This document shows, in pieces, positions 1-10,126 of a stretch of 64,000 nucleotides of DNA; within the stretch, counting starts at the first letter, position 1; each line of letters starts with the position of its first letter. Made by a program: the position numbers and the translations under genes. This stretch comes from Chlorobiota bacterium (GTDB taxonomy: Bacteria > Bacteroidota > Ignavibacteria > Kapaibacteriales > NICIL-2), in NCBI GenBank assembly GCA_044228285.1, contig JBGAVD010000002.1:225653-289652 (forward strand), written 5' to 3'. Under the pieces are notes generated by a model. That model searched no databases. It was given only the letters and a program-made list of their open reading frames with translations, and was not told the origin of the DNA.

Positions 1-3000
1 AGGAGGCACTTTGCTTCTTGACAATCAAACGACAAACAGTGCATCGCGCTTGGGCACAAGTTCAGCATCCTCAATAAGTTCTCTTGGAGGCAGCTTGATG
101 TTGAAAGCTCATGCAAGTGGAACGACTCAAAACATTGGAGCTGCGGGAAACAAGGCTATCACTTTGAACTGCGGACTTACAACCATTGCTGTTGAATCTC
201 AAAGCGGTGCTAGTTCGAGGGCGCAACTAGGAATAGGCGGACCCAATGCGAACTTCTCGTTGCGAGATAACACGAACATGGTTATCAACTTCGTTGGTCG
301 TGGTGGCACGCTCGGTGGAAGTTCTACCAGCGATCCGCGGATTGTTTTCCTTGGCAGCGGTACTCCTTTTCTGGGTCTTGGTTCACTCCTTGCAAATACC
401 GCGAATACTGGAACTCCAGGTTTTGCAACAGTTAACGGAAACAGTTTTGCTACGTGGACCTCGAATGGCATTAGTGCGGCGAGCTTTAGTACCATAAGTA
501 CTGCGACTCAACTTCAAGCTGCAACAACGAATTCCGTTTTGGACTTTGCACCAACAAGCACACAGACACTGAGTGCAAATTGTAGCGCGGCAGCTCTGAG
601 AATAAGTCCTAATGGAGCGACAAGTCTGCAGATGGCTTCAAGGAATCTCGTCTGCACTGCGTTAATGCTCGACGGCACGAGTGACTTTGCGTTACAGGGC
701 AGCGGAACTATAGGTAACGGGACGAACACGAGATACATTTACATTTGCAAGGAAGGTACAGTCCTCAGTTGTAGCAACCCTTTAGGCTCTACTGCTTCAC
801 CAATCAATAAAGCAGGCTTTGGAATATTGAGTCTCAACGCTTCAGCCAATCAACTTGCCTTTAGCTCTCTCAATAATATCAACGTTTTACAAGGCGTTCT
901 GCGTGTGAACGCTGCTTCTGTGGGAGGAGCATCTTCCTCGGGCTCAGCTCAGTGTAACATTAATCTCCGTGGAGGAATCCTTGAGCTAGATGGCGGAATG
1001 AACTTCGTGCGAGCGATTGATGTCAGTGCTACTGCAAACGGAGGTTCAATTAGCTTCGATCAGTCTTCAACGAATCGCGGCAGCGGAGGCTTCGCAGCAG
1101 TGAATGGAAACTCAAGCGTAAGCCTGGTAACAGCGCCTGGTGGAAGCACAAGTGCTTCGTTGCGATGGAACGACAACAGCTTTATTCCTCATGCTTTCAA
1201 TCTCTTACTAAATTCTCAACGTTCTGATTCAAGAATCACCCTTACGAATGCTATTGCACTAGACCTAAGCAACTCAACTGAGTATGTGGCGAGGGAAGTG
1301 TATGTCTACGACAATCCAAACAGCTCTACCGATTGTGCCCGGCTCAGTGGAGTGATCAGCGGTAGTTCCAATGCAGATCTTGTGAAGAGTGGACCTGGTG
1401 AACTAGAATTGAGTGCTTCTAACTCCTATGCCGGCAACACCTTCGTACTCAAAGGCACCCTTCGATGTGTTACACAGAATACCCTGCCTTCGAGCACGGC
1501 ACTCGTTGTCTTTGGCGGAGCTCAGGTGGAACTCGAAGCGGATCAGCAGGTTCGAGATCTTGTACTCGAACAAGGTGCCGAACTCAAGCTCTCAGACGGA
1601 ACATTGTTTGTTAGTGGTACTTTCTGTAACAAAGGAGCGCACATCATTGGTAATGGAACGCTCTGCTTCAATGGCGATTCGCAACAGTTTATTGGTGGCA
1701 AGCTCGTGGTTGCAGGTTTGCGCGTCGCTAATGCCAAAGGCTTGGTAATGCTGGATGATGTAGAGATTGTACAGCAGCTTCGCTTTGACCAGGGTTTAGT
1801 GTACACAGGCGGACATCATCTTCTCCTCGACACGAATGCAACGAGCATTGGCGCTTCCCAAGAGAATGGCTGGGTGGTTGGCGAGCTTCAGCGCAGAGTG
1901 CGATCCAATAGCTCATCGCTCTTGTTTTGTATTGGCGATACTAACAACTACGCGCCTTGTTCTGTTCATTTATCGCAGATTTCTCATCCTGGAACGCTCT
2001 CTCTTATGACACTGGGCGCAAAGGCAGCTGAGGTAGAGAGTTCAACACTCGATAGTATGAAGCTGCTTCAGCGACACTGGAATCTACGAAGCGATTCTCT
2101 GGTCTGCGCATCTTATTCAGTGCTCGTACATCCAGACATTTCCGAACTTGATAACACCCTCAATGTCAATGAACTGCAAGCCGAAATCTATGACGGTGAA
2201 CAGTGGCAACGCGCAGCACATGTCCAGCCGAGCTCGAGTGGAGTAAGCGCCGACAGTCTAACAAGTTTTGGTATACTTCAATTGGGAGCAGCCCGCTGCA
2301 TGCCTTATCAAGTGAGTTTGCAAAGCTCGAGTGCAGGACATATAAGTCCAGCAGATCGAGTGCAACTTGATTGCGGTGCTTCTCAGACATACACCTTTGG
2401 CGTGGATTCTTGTGCTCATATAGTAGATCTGCGTATTGACGGACAATCAATGGGTCCCATCACCTCGTATACACTAGCGAATGTGCATGAGAATCACAGC
2501 ATTGAGCTCCTGACTCAATCTGATGTTGTGGTACCTGCCGTGAGTATATACTCAGAGAGTTCAGGCGATAGTATCTGCGCCGGCCAACCAATGATACTGC
2601 ATGCTGAAGCAAGCAATGTAGGGATGGCGCACTTTCAATGGACGCTGAACGGTCAGAGTTTTGGCGCTGACAGCGCAGACGTCATTCTTTCTCAGCCAGG
2701 CGACGCCGATCAGATTCGATGTACCGTTCAGTCATCTCTTGCATGCGCCCTGCCATCAACCCAAAGCTCCCAGTTGCTCGTTGTCCATCTTCGAGCACAG
2801 CCTAGTTGCTCCATCGACGTTGAAGAAGGGGCATGGTGTCCGGGCAGCATAAAGAGCTTCAGCACGAGTGCAGATGTAGCTTCGCTTGATTGGACAATCC
2901 ATGGTGCAGCACAGATTGTGGGCCCATCCCACAGCGCGCAGATACAAGTGCTCGCCGATAGTATCGGACCAGACAGCTTGCAGATCGTCCTTCAAACGAC

Positions 3001-5905
3001 AAGCATAGAAGGTTGTGTGTCTCAGTGTAGTGTATCCTTCATCGTGAAGGACACTACGGCTCCTGTGTTGGAGTGTCCTTCAAACTGCACACTCAGTTGC
3101 TCAGCAGACATTCCAACTGCCGCCCATAATCGAAGTGAATTCCTCGCAATAGGTGGGGAATGCTATGACCTTTGCTCCGGTGACAGTGTGACGGTGGACT
3201 TAGTTGAAGAACGAGTGAGTGGCAGTGAGCTAGATAACAGCCTTGTTATCGAACGTCTGTATAGTGCACGCGATGCGTCGTCGAATGCCAGTACAGCTTT
3301 GCAGACAATTTGTATCATTGACGAGATCACTCCCACAATCCTTTGCGCCGACACTCTGCGTTGGTGGTCGACTCTTGCTTTGGACTCAACGTTCAATGCC
3401 CTCGTCTCAGACAACTGCGCCGACGAGATCGAACTGGTCTGGAGCGTGAGTGGTGCTAGCTACCTCAACGGTGAGGATCTGTTGAGTGGGCAGTACCTGC
3501 AGCCAGGCGAGAACAGCATCACCTGGACTGCAAATGATGGCCATGGCAATAGCTCAAGTGCAACGACTTTGGTACATGTTGTTCAAAGTGGAAATGGCAG
3601 CCTAAGTGCAGCAGAGCAGTTCCACAGAAACGCGGAAACCACTACCTGTCGGTACAGAGTACAAGGAAATGAGTTCGACCCGACAGTGAACAACAACTGT
3701 CCGCAATACACTGTTCACAATAGCCTGAATAATCTCTCCACCTTAGATAGCATGGAGTTGGGCGTCGGTGCGACTGTCATCACCTGGACTCTCAGCGATA
3801 TCTGTGGCAGCTCTGCTCAGTGTCAATCGACAGTTGTCATCGAGGACCACAGCCCGCCGCAAGCAAGAGCCAGAGATGTTATTCTCTACCTCGACGAGTA
3901 TGGTGTTGCGCACTTAAGCGCAGACTCTATCAACAACGCCAGCTCTGATGTCTGTGGTCAAGTCCAAGTCACGGCGTCAAAGTCGGTGTTCTACTGCTCG
4001 GATGTCGGACAACAACAAGCGCAACTCATTGTGATTGACCAGAGTGCCAATAGTTCACAATGCACGGCAAATGTGCTGGTGCTCGATACTATTGCACCGC
4101 GCATTCAAGCGCACAACGTTCAGGTGTATCTTGATTCCACAGGTCGCGCAGAAATCGATGTCTCGCAACTTGATGATGGCATACATGACAATTGCTCAGA
4201 GATTGTTGCGACCTTATCAAAGTCGGTGTTTAGCTGTATGGACATCGGTCAACAGAGCATTGTTCTCCGAGTGAACGACTTGAGCTCCAACACCGCGACT
4301 GCGACGGTGATTGTAACGGTTCAAGACACTACTCCGCCCCGTATCAATGTTGTTTCACAGCTCAGTGCATACTGTGTCTCATCGGGATGCTACAGCAATG
4401 TGTTGATACCTGTTTCGGCTTACGACCAGTGCGTATCGGGGATACACATACAAGCTCAAGAAATTGGCTTGCCCAATTCGTCCATCGTTCATGTGGCTCA
4501 CAATGCAACAAACGCAAGTTCGAGCTATGCTGTCTTTCAGCTGGCACGAGGAGTACATACTATCTGTTTTACAGCTATTGATGCTTCTGGCAACAGCGCT
4601 ACGAAGCTGTGTACAGTTGAAGTCCGAGACACAACAGCACCAATTGTTCGTACTCGTAGCGCAACTGTTCAGCTTAACTCTTCGGGCATGGGCAGTTTAA
4701 GTCCTAATAGCATCAATGATGGAAGCACTGATAACTGTGCTATCGTGTCAACCAGCCTGTCGACAGCTGTTTTTCACTGCGCTCACCTTGGCACAAACAC
4801 TGTTCGCTTGCTTGTACTCGATGCAAGTGGTAATAGCGCTACGGCACAGGCCGTCGTGAATGTTGTCGATGCTATTGCACCAGTGGCTAGAGCACGAGAC
4901 TATACACTCAACCTGAGCAATGGAGCGGCGAGCTTGAGTCCACAAATGATCAACAATGCTTCAAGTGATAACTGCGGTATTCAGAGCATGTCCGTCTCAA
5001 AGAGCCAATTTAGCTGCGACGATGTCGGACTAAATCGAGTGCTGCTTCGAGTTCAAGACCTTAGTGGAAACAGCTCAACGGCAGCGTGCACGGTGACAGT
5101 ACCCGAGCCCGCTGAATGTTGGATTAGTAGCACGCGTAGTAATGTACTGTACACCGGGCGCAGTGAACGACATCTCTTCTTAGGATACGGAGCTCAAAGT
5201 GCCATACTGCATGCACATGTCGGTAGCTCACAGTCTCAATCCGGCTGTGGCAGTGGACAGGGTAGTGGCAACACTGGAACGAACAATGCGAGTTCCAATT
5301 ACCAATACGAGTGGTCACCCGCTTCAAACCTAAGTTGTACAAACTGTGCCAACCCAGTCTTTAGTCCGAGCAGCGCGGGTCACTATAGCTACACATTGAG
5401 AGCAACGAATCAGCAAGGTTGCTCAACAACTTCTGAGATTGACTTCTGTGTGCACGACGTTAGAGTAAGTGGTCAGACGGGAAAAGTCCGTCTGCGACAT
5501 GGTTCCAGCGTACAATCGTTAAGTCCTGTCGCAGCTCTCCTTCATTTAGTTCTCCATTCCAATGATCGACTCGGCTCTGCTGCAGATGAGGAGTGCCAAG
5601 ATGAACGCCTAGCTTATGTCGAGAATGATGCTTCTGACTCGGTTGAGAGCATCGATGCGCCATTCACTCCACTCATCACACCAAGTCCCTTCAGTGAAAG
5701 TTGTAGCTTGAGTTGTGTAAGCAACGACAACAACGACTTTCTGTTGCGCTGCTTTGATGTGGAGGGACGTGAGGTTCAACCTGCACTACAGTTCGCATCT
5801 CATCAAGAGGTCTCCCTCGGGGCTAGCTGGCCAGCAGGTAGCTACTATCTCAGCATTGAACAAGGAATCCATAGACGTGTGATTGGGCTGTTGAAAATAC
5901 CTTGA
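1..5905 (+). CDS. Giant cell-surface adhesin-like protein (beta-helix/autotransporter-like repeats, multiple HYR-like Ig repeats, T9SS C-terminal sorting domain); 5'-partial, frame open to window edge
   Basis: 1964-aa ORF with no signal peptide at its N-terminus and a reading frame open back to nt 2, so the true start is probably upstream of the window, although AGGAGG at 1-6 plus TTG at 11 could be a start. At least seven tandem ~85-aa repeats, each with a D-N-C motif and T(A/P)P boundaries (HYR/Ig-like). The C-terminal ~80 aa look like a T9SS C-terminal domain (...SYYLSIEQGIHRRVIGLLKIP). Confidence 0.6.
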   Translation, partial: GGTLLLDNQTTNSASRLGTSSASSISSLGGSLMLKAHASGTTQNIGAAGNKAITLNCGLTTIAVESQSGASSRAQLGIGGPNANFSLRDNTNMVINFVGRGGTLGGSSTSDPRIVFLGSGTPFLGLGSLLANTANTGTPGFATVNGNSFATWTSNGISAASFSTISTATQLQAATTNSVLDFAPTSTQTLSANCSAAALRISPNGATSLQMASRNLVCTALMLDGTSDFALQGSGTIGNGTNTRYIYICKEGTVLSCSNPLGSTASPINKAGFGILSLNASANQLAFSSLNNINVLQGVLRVNAASVGGASSSGSAQCNINLRGGILELDGGMNFVRAIDVSATANGGSISFDQSSTNRGSGGFAAVNGNSSVSLVTAPGGSTSASLRWNDNSFIPHAFNLLLNSQRSDSRITLTNAIALDLSNSTEYVAREVYVYDNPNSSTDCARLSGVISGSSNADLVKSGPGELELSASNSYAGNTFVLKGTLRCVTQNTLPSSTALVVFGGAQVELEADQQVRDLVLEQGAELKLSDGTLFVSGTFCNKGAHIIGNGTLCFNGDSQQFIGGKLVVAGLRVANAKGLVMLDDVEIVQQLRFDQGLVYTGGHHLLLDTNATSIGASQENGWVVGELQRRVRSNSSSLLFCIGDTNNYAPCSVHLSQISHPGTLSLMTLGAKAAEVESSTLDSMKLLQRHWNLRSDSLVCASYSVLVHPDISELDNTLNVNELQAEIYDGEQWQRAAHVQPSSSGVSADSLTSFGILQLGAARCMPYQVSLQSSSAGHISPADRVQLDCGASQTYTFGVDSCAHIVDLRIDGQSMGPITSYTLANVHENHSIELLTQSDVVVPAVSIYSESSGDSICAGQPMILHAEASNVGMAHFQWTLNGQSFGADSADVILSQPGDADQIRCTVQSSLACALPSTQSSQLLVVHLRAQPSCSIDVEEGAWCPGSIKSFSTSADVASLDWTIHGAAQIVGPSHSAQIQVLADSIGPDSLQIVLQTTSIEGCVSQCSVSFIVKDTTAPVLECPSNCTLSCSADIPTAAHNRSEFLAIGGECYDLCSGDSVTVDLVEERVSGSELDNSLVIERLYSARDASSNASTALQTICIIDEITPTILCADTLRWWSTLALDSTFNALVSDNCADEIELVWSVSGASYLNGEDLLSGQYLQPGENSITWTANDGHGNSSSATTLVHVVQSGNGSLSAAEQFHRNAETTTCRYRVQGNEFDPTVNNNCPQYTVHNSLNNLSTLDSMELGVGATVITWTLSDICGSSAQCQSTVVIEDHSPPQARARDVILYLDEYGVAHLSADSINNASSDVCGQVQVTASKSVFYCSDVGQQQAQLIVIDQSANSSQCTANVLVLDTIAPRIQAHNVQVYLDSTGRAEIDVSQLDDGIHDNCSEIVATLSKSVFSCMDIGQQSIVLRVNDLSSNTATATVIVTVQDTTPPRINVVSQLSAYCVSSGCYSNVLIPVSAYDQCVSGIHIQAQEIGLPNSSIVHVAHNATNASSSYAVFQLARGVHTICFTAIDASGNSATKLCTVEVRDTTAPIVRTRSATVQLNSSGMGSLSPNSINDGSTDNCAIVSTSLSTAVFHCAHLGTNTVRLLVLDASGNSATAQAVVNVVDAIAPVARARDYTLNLSNGAASLSPQMINNASSDNCGIQSMSVSKSQFSCDDVGLNRVLLRVQDLSGNSSTAACTVTVPEPAECWISSTRSNVLYTGRSERHLFLGYGAQSAILHAHVGSSQSQSGCGSGQGSGNTGTNNASSNYQYEWSPASNLSCTNCANPVFSPSSAGHYSYTLRATNQQGCSTTSEIDFCVHDVRVSGQTGKVRLRHGSSVQSLSPVAALLHLVLHSNDRLGSAADEECQDERLAYVENDASDSVESIDAPFTPLITPSPFSESCSLSCVSNDNNDFLLRCFDVEGREVQPALQFASHQEVSLGASWPAGSYYLSIEQGIHRRVIGLLKIP

Positions 5906-6151
5906 TGCCGAAGGTGATTCGGTAGTTTGGATTCTGACAAAGTCGTGGCGTGAAGTTCATTCGATGAGCATGTCCATAACCTGTTGTTAAGGTGAGTGAG
6001 CAACAGGCAGCTTAAGCTTTGACTTCACGTCGCGTCTGCGTCACCCTACTATTGCGCAAGAGATTTCAGCTTCCGTGAAGCGGTCATGAAAAGAGAAGTT
6101 CAGTTTCTTCCCAGCCCATGAGAATGAACCTAAGAGACGAAGATGCTAATT

Positions 6152-7120
6152 CTACAAACCGAGACGGTCCATTTCAGCTTCTTCATATTCACTATCCTCG
6201 GCAGGGTAACGAAGGATTGCATCGAAACGTCCACTTTGTTTGGCGAGTGACCAAACCAGGCTCTCACCAGCTGGGACGGAAGAGCTTTCGCTCGTATAGA
6301 ATGGATCTTTGTACGCATCGAGAGTACTGCATACTCTCCAGCCCTTTTTTTCGAAATGCTCAATGAGCTGGTCGAGAAAGAGTGAGGCAGCCAAGTTGTG
6401 ATGGAGAAGTAGAACATGATGGATCTTCCGACCTGTCATTTCCGTCGCCAATGAATCATAGAAGCATGCACGGTCAAACAAGTGCTGGATATAGAACTTC
6501 TCAAAGAGTTTGATATCAGCTGTGGAATCCGTTTCCAAACGTTTTAGCAGGCGAGTATTAACGTACCAGTCTGATGCATCAATGCTTACATGTCCATTGA
6601 GATAAGAGTTTTGTTTAAGAAAGGCTCGAAAGCCATCAACTTTCTCGCGAGTGTTTCCTTCTTTTAAGTAGGGGAAGCGAAAGAAGGGTACAAATCCATC
6701 AAGGTTCTTGAGAAACTGATGATTGAAAAGAAAGTCCTTTTGAAAGGTATCGAGACTGATACGCTTTGACGAAAAGTTGAAGTGGCTATAGCTGTGATTC
6801 GCTATGGAATGTCCTTCGGCAGACCAAGACTTCATTACTGCGCGACCCGCTACGTTGTCCATTCCAGAACCTTTCACAAAGAACATCGCATGCAATTTGT
6901 GCTTCTTCAATGTCGCGAGCAGACGGGCATTCCATTCCGTGTGAGAGTGCCGCGGGTAGTCCGTCGTTGAGCCGTCATCAAAGCTAAATGAAACAATGGG
7001 CTGCTTTGAGGAAGACACTGTAGGAGCTTGTTGCGCACTGAGAATGCAATGCGAAGAGGGACACAGAGTCTGAACGATAACAATGATTGCGAAGCTAAGC
7101 TGATACCTGTTGAATATCAT
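6152..7120 (-). CDS. Polysaccharide deacetylase (NodB-homology / CE4 family), secreted
   Basis: NodB motifs FSFDDGSTTDY and HSYSHF. N-terminal signal peptide if the start is the ATG at 7120 (MIFNRYQLSFAIIVIV...); the ORF tool's TTG at 7180 is less likely. Confidence 0.8.
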   Translation of the reverse strand: MIFNRYQLSFAIIVIVQTLCPSSHCILSAQQAPTVSSSKQPIVSFSFDDGSTTDYPRHSHTEWNARLLATLKKHKLHAMFFVKGSGMDNVAGRAVMKSWSAEGHSIANHSYSHFNFSSKRISLDTFQKDFLFNHQFLKNLDGFVPFFRFPYLKEGNTREKVDGFRAFLKQNSYLNGHVSIDASDWYVNTRLLKRLETDSTADIKLFEKFYIQHLFDRACFYDSLATEMTGRKIHHVLLLHHNLAASLFLDQLIEHFEKKGWRVCSTLDAYKDPFYTSESSSVPAGESLVWSLAKQSGRFDAILRYPAEDSEYEEAEMDRLGL

Positions 7121-7527
7121 AAGAGTTTGAGAATGACTAGTATTCGTAAATGTATATGTAAAAAGTAAATGTAAAAGCAAAAGTAGTAGAGGAGCAAATT
7201 AGTGCCAGTTGATCAAATACCAGAGTTGCACTATAGAAATGTCCGCGATGTAGTTCTAGTCAACAACTCTTAGTTACACATCATCATCCATATAGCTCAG
7301 TATGCGTCAACAAAGCAGGAGTTCTTTGTTGATGCTGTTCATGATGGCAGCTCAATGAAGCCGCTTGCGGTACAACGGATCATAAAGCAGAGTGGACTAA
7401 AGGTGAGTGAGTTGTTACGCATCGTTGATAAGAGGGCTTAATAGCTCACACATACAAGAGACTTTGATCTTCAGTCAGTCGAGAGTAGTTTGCGCACTAT
7501 TCTGTGAACGTGATTCAAAGGAGCAGT

Positions 7528-8466
7528 ATGAGATGGCAAGGCAGACGTGAGAGTGACAATGTAGAAGATCGTCGAGGTGACGATGGGATGTCGTCGGGTG
7601 GTAGTGGTCTTCCAGGTCTTCCTGGCGGTCTCGGCGGTGGTTTTGGTCGTGGTGGTGGAGGAAAGAGTATTGTTGGAGGCGGTTTAGGACTTGTCATCAT
7701 CATTGTGCTGAGTTTGATCACTGGTCAGAATCCTCTGCAGATGCTTGGAGGAGGAGAAGATGGAAGTTCTTTGCAAGGGCCAAGTTCTCAGCGCTCTGCT
7801 TATTCTGGTAGTGCTGAAGAAGAGGAGTTAGCTGGATTTGTAAAAGTGGTCCTTGCAGATAATGAGGATATTTGGTCTGAGATCATGCGTAGAGAGGGAC
7901 ACGATTATCGCTTGCCGAAACTCGTACTCTTTCGCAATGCAACACGCTCTGCATGTGGTGCTGCGAGTTCCCAGACAGGTCCCTTCTATTGTCCCGCGGA
8001 TGAGAAAGTCTACATCGACCTTGAGTTCTACCAACTCATGAAAGACCGCTTTAAGGCAGGTGGCGACTTCGCCATGGCTTATGTGGTGGCGCATGAAGTA
8101 GGACACCATGTCCAGCACGTACTCGGCATTTCTGATAAAGTTCATCGCGCACAGCAGCGCTTAAGCGAAGAGGAAGCAAACAAATTGTCTGTTAAGCTTG
8201 AGCTTCAAGCCGACTTCTTGGCTGGTGTCTGGGCGCATTATGATCAACAAACAAAAAACATACTCGAGCCCGGTGATATAGAAGAAGCACTTCGTTGTGC
8301 GGAAGCCATTGGCGATGATCGACTGCAAATGCAAGCCCAAGGTTACGTGTCGCCGGAGTCATTCACACACGGCAGTTCTAAAGAACGCATGTACTGGTTC
8401 AAACGTGGTTTTGAGAGTGGAGACCTAAAGCAAGGGGATACCTTTGGCAATGGTTTGAACTACTAG
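7528..8466 (+). CDS. Putative neutral zinc metallopeptidase (YpfJ / PF04228-like) with Gly-rich N-terminal region and a TM segment
   Basis: HEVGHHVQH zinc-binding motif; whole-length resemblance to the YpfJ family; AGGAG sits 4 nt before the ATG at 7528 (the ORF tool began at GTG 7504). Confidence 0.7.
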   Translation: MRWQGRRESDNVEDRRGDDGMSSGGSGLPGLPGGLGGGFGRGGGGKSIVGGGLGLVIIIVLSLITGQNPLQMLGGGEDGSSLQGPSSQRSAYSGSAEEEELAGFVKVVLADNEDIWSEIMRREGHDYRLPKLVLFRNATRSACGAASSQTGPFYCPADEKVYIDLEFYQLMKDRFKAGGDFAMAYVVAHEVGHHVQHVLGISDKVHRAQQRLSEEEANKLSVKLELQADFLAGVWAHYDQQTKNILEPGDIEEALRCAEAIGDDRLQMQAQGYVSPESFTHGSSKERMYWFKRGFESGDLKQGDTFGNGLNY

Positions 8467-9058
8467 GTAGCAGGCAAGTCTAATCCTCAGTGCGATGCCA
8501 AACGGAGAGCTCAGCTGCGCTATTGTAGTGCAACTTCACCAATGTTACTATGAAAATAGTCATGTGTCTGGTTCAGAGTTTTCTCTGACTGAGCAAGTGA
8601 AAACGGTGATGAGGGCAGGGAGTTCAGTACAGCACAGGTATCTAACTACTGGGAGGTAATGCAAAGGCGAGGCTCAGATGTGACGTATGGGAGCTGATGG
8701 AGCCTCGTGCAGCGTTTGGCGCCGCAGGCGACAAAGGCTGCGCGTGTAAGAAAACGACTCTTCGTCATTCACAGCGCACGAAGCTTGTAGGATGTTCCTT
8801 TACCAGTGTGCGCCTGCTTCGCAGTCCGCATGCAACGACGCGGTATTTTCGTACTCCTTGGTCCTCCGTTGTTAGCGAAGACTGAAGATCAGAGCGCAAC
8901 CATCCGAAGGGTCTACATGTCTGGGTTTGGTGATTGATTGATGTGGACTGCAATACTCACGAGATGCTCTGCGTCTGCATACCGACTCTCCGAACGAGCT
9001 TGTGGCTCGCAAGACAATTGGGCCTTCATTATCATTCTCCTTCTCCTGCAGTACACAT

Positions 9059-9628
9059 ATGAAAACCATCCCACTTCAACTAGTACTTGTTGCGTTTTGC
9101 GGCATGCTCCTATCGCAGGTTCAGACCAAGGCGCAGAACACCGCGCCACTTAAGGCTATACCAAACCTAGATCTGCAGCGATATCTCGGTACTTGGTTTG
9201 AGATTGCGCGGCTTCCTAATAGCTTTCAAACGAAATGCTCGTGCGATGTTAGCGCTCATTATCAGCTGCGTGAGGATGGTGATATCGATGTTACGAACAG
9301 GTGTCGCAAAGAGGATGGCGAGATGAAACAAAGCACGGGCAAAGCAAAACGCGCTAGTGAATCTGAGCCACTGTCGAAACTGAAGGTCCGATTTGCGCCT
9401 GCCTTCTTAAGCTGGCTCTCAGCTGTATGGGGCGACTACTGGGTTCTTATCCTCGCACCAGACTACAGCTATGCAGTCGTTGGCGAACCAAGTAGAAAGT
9501 ACTTGTGGATACTATCACGCAGCGCTCAAATGAACAACACTACCTACAATGAGTTGTTAGGCAAGATTGCGGCAATGGGATATGATACCCGTCTGATACA
9601 GAAGACCTGTCAAAGTCCATCACGATAA
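9059..9628 (+). CDS. blc: Bacterial lipocalin (Blc-like outer-membrane lipoprotein)
   Basis: Signal peptide MKTIPLQLVLVAFCGMLLSQ, the lipocalin SCR1 motif (LQRYLGTWFEIARLP) and a length typical of Blc. Confidence 0.8.
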   Translation: MKTIPLQLVLVAFCGMLLSQVQTKAQNTAPLKAIPNLDLQRYLGTWFEIARLPNSFQTKCSCDVSAHYQLREDGDIDVTNRCRKEDGEMKQSTGKAKRASESEPLSKLKVRFAPAFLSWLSAVWGDYWVLILAPDYSYAVVGEPSRKYLWILSRSAQMNNTTYNELLGKIAAMGYDTRLIQKTCQSPSR

Positions 9629-10126
9629 TCTCGTTACAAGTAATCGTCAGAAGGGCCTGTGTCCTTTTGTGAATGGATCATCAAGAGGGCGCTTTGCTTG
9701 TTCTCTCTGTCGAGCCTGGTAGACTAGCCTGGATTCAGGCCTTTGCAATCGCGCTCATTTGTTAACAGCGATAAGTAGGTTCTCGCAACGTGTAGCGTTG
9801 CATGAGGATCGATAGTAGTCTTGAACCACAACCTGTGTGCTTTTCATGTGGCTTCGCCCTGCGGATGGAGAAGATTCGTACTGGAGTTGCTTGCCTGCTG
9901 CACTCACGGCATCCATTTAGAAGGTTGACATAGTAAGAATAAGCCAAGGTTTGTCTTAGAAGCCGAGGAATTTCTTGCTAATATTGTTATTGGGCAACAA
10001 GTGACTGACGAACATTATAGTGCCACACTCTCCGATTTCGCTGTAGAGCATCTTTAGATCGCCAGCGCTCTTTGCCCTCATGCGTGCTGCACGCACTTTT
10101 TTGTCACACTTGATCGCTGTCTTCAA

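Noticed and set aside
8467-9058. ~590-bp GC-rich untranslated region upstream of the lipocalin gene, examined for a riboswitch or ncRNA
   Set aside because: No recognisable riboswitch core (TPP, SAM, cobalamin, FMN and others), conserved stem pattern or terminator was identifiable by eye. It is left unannotated.
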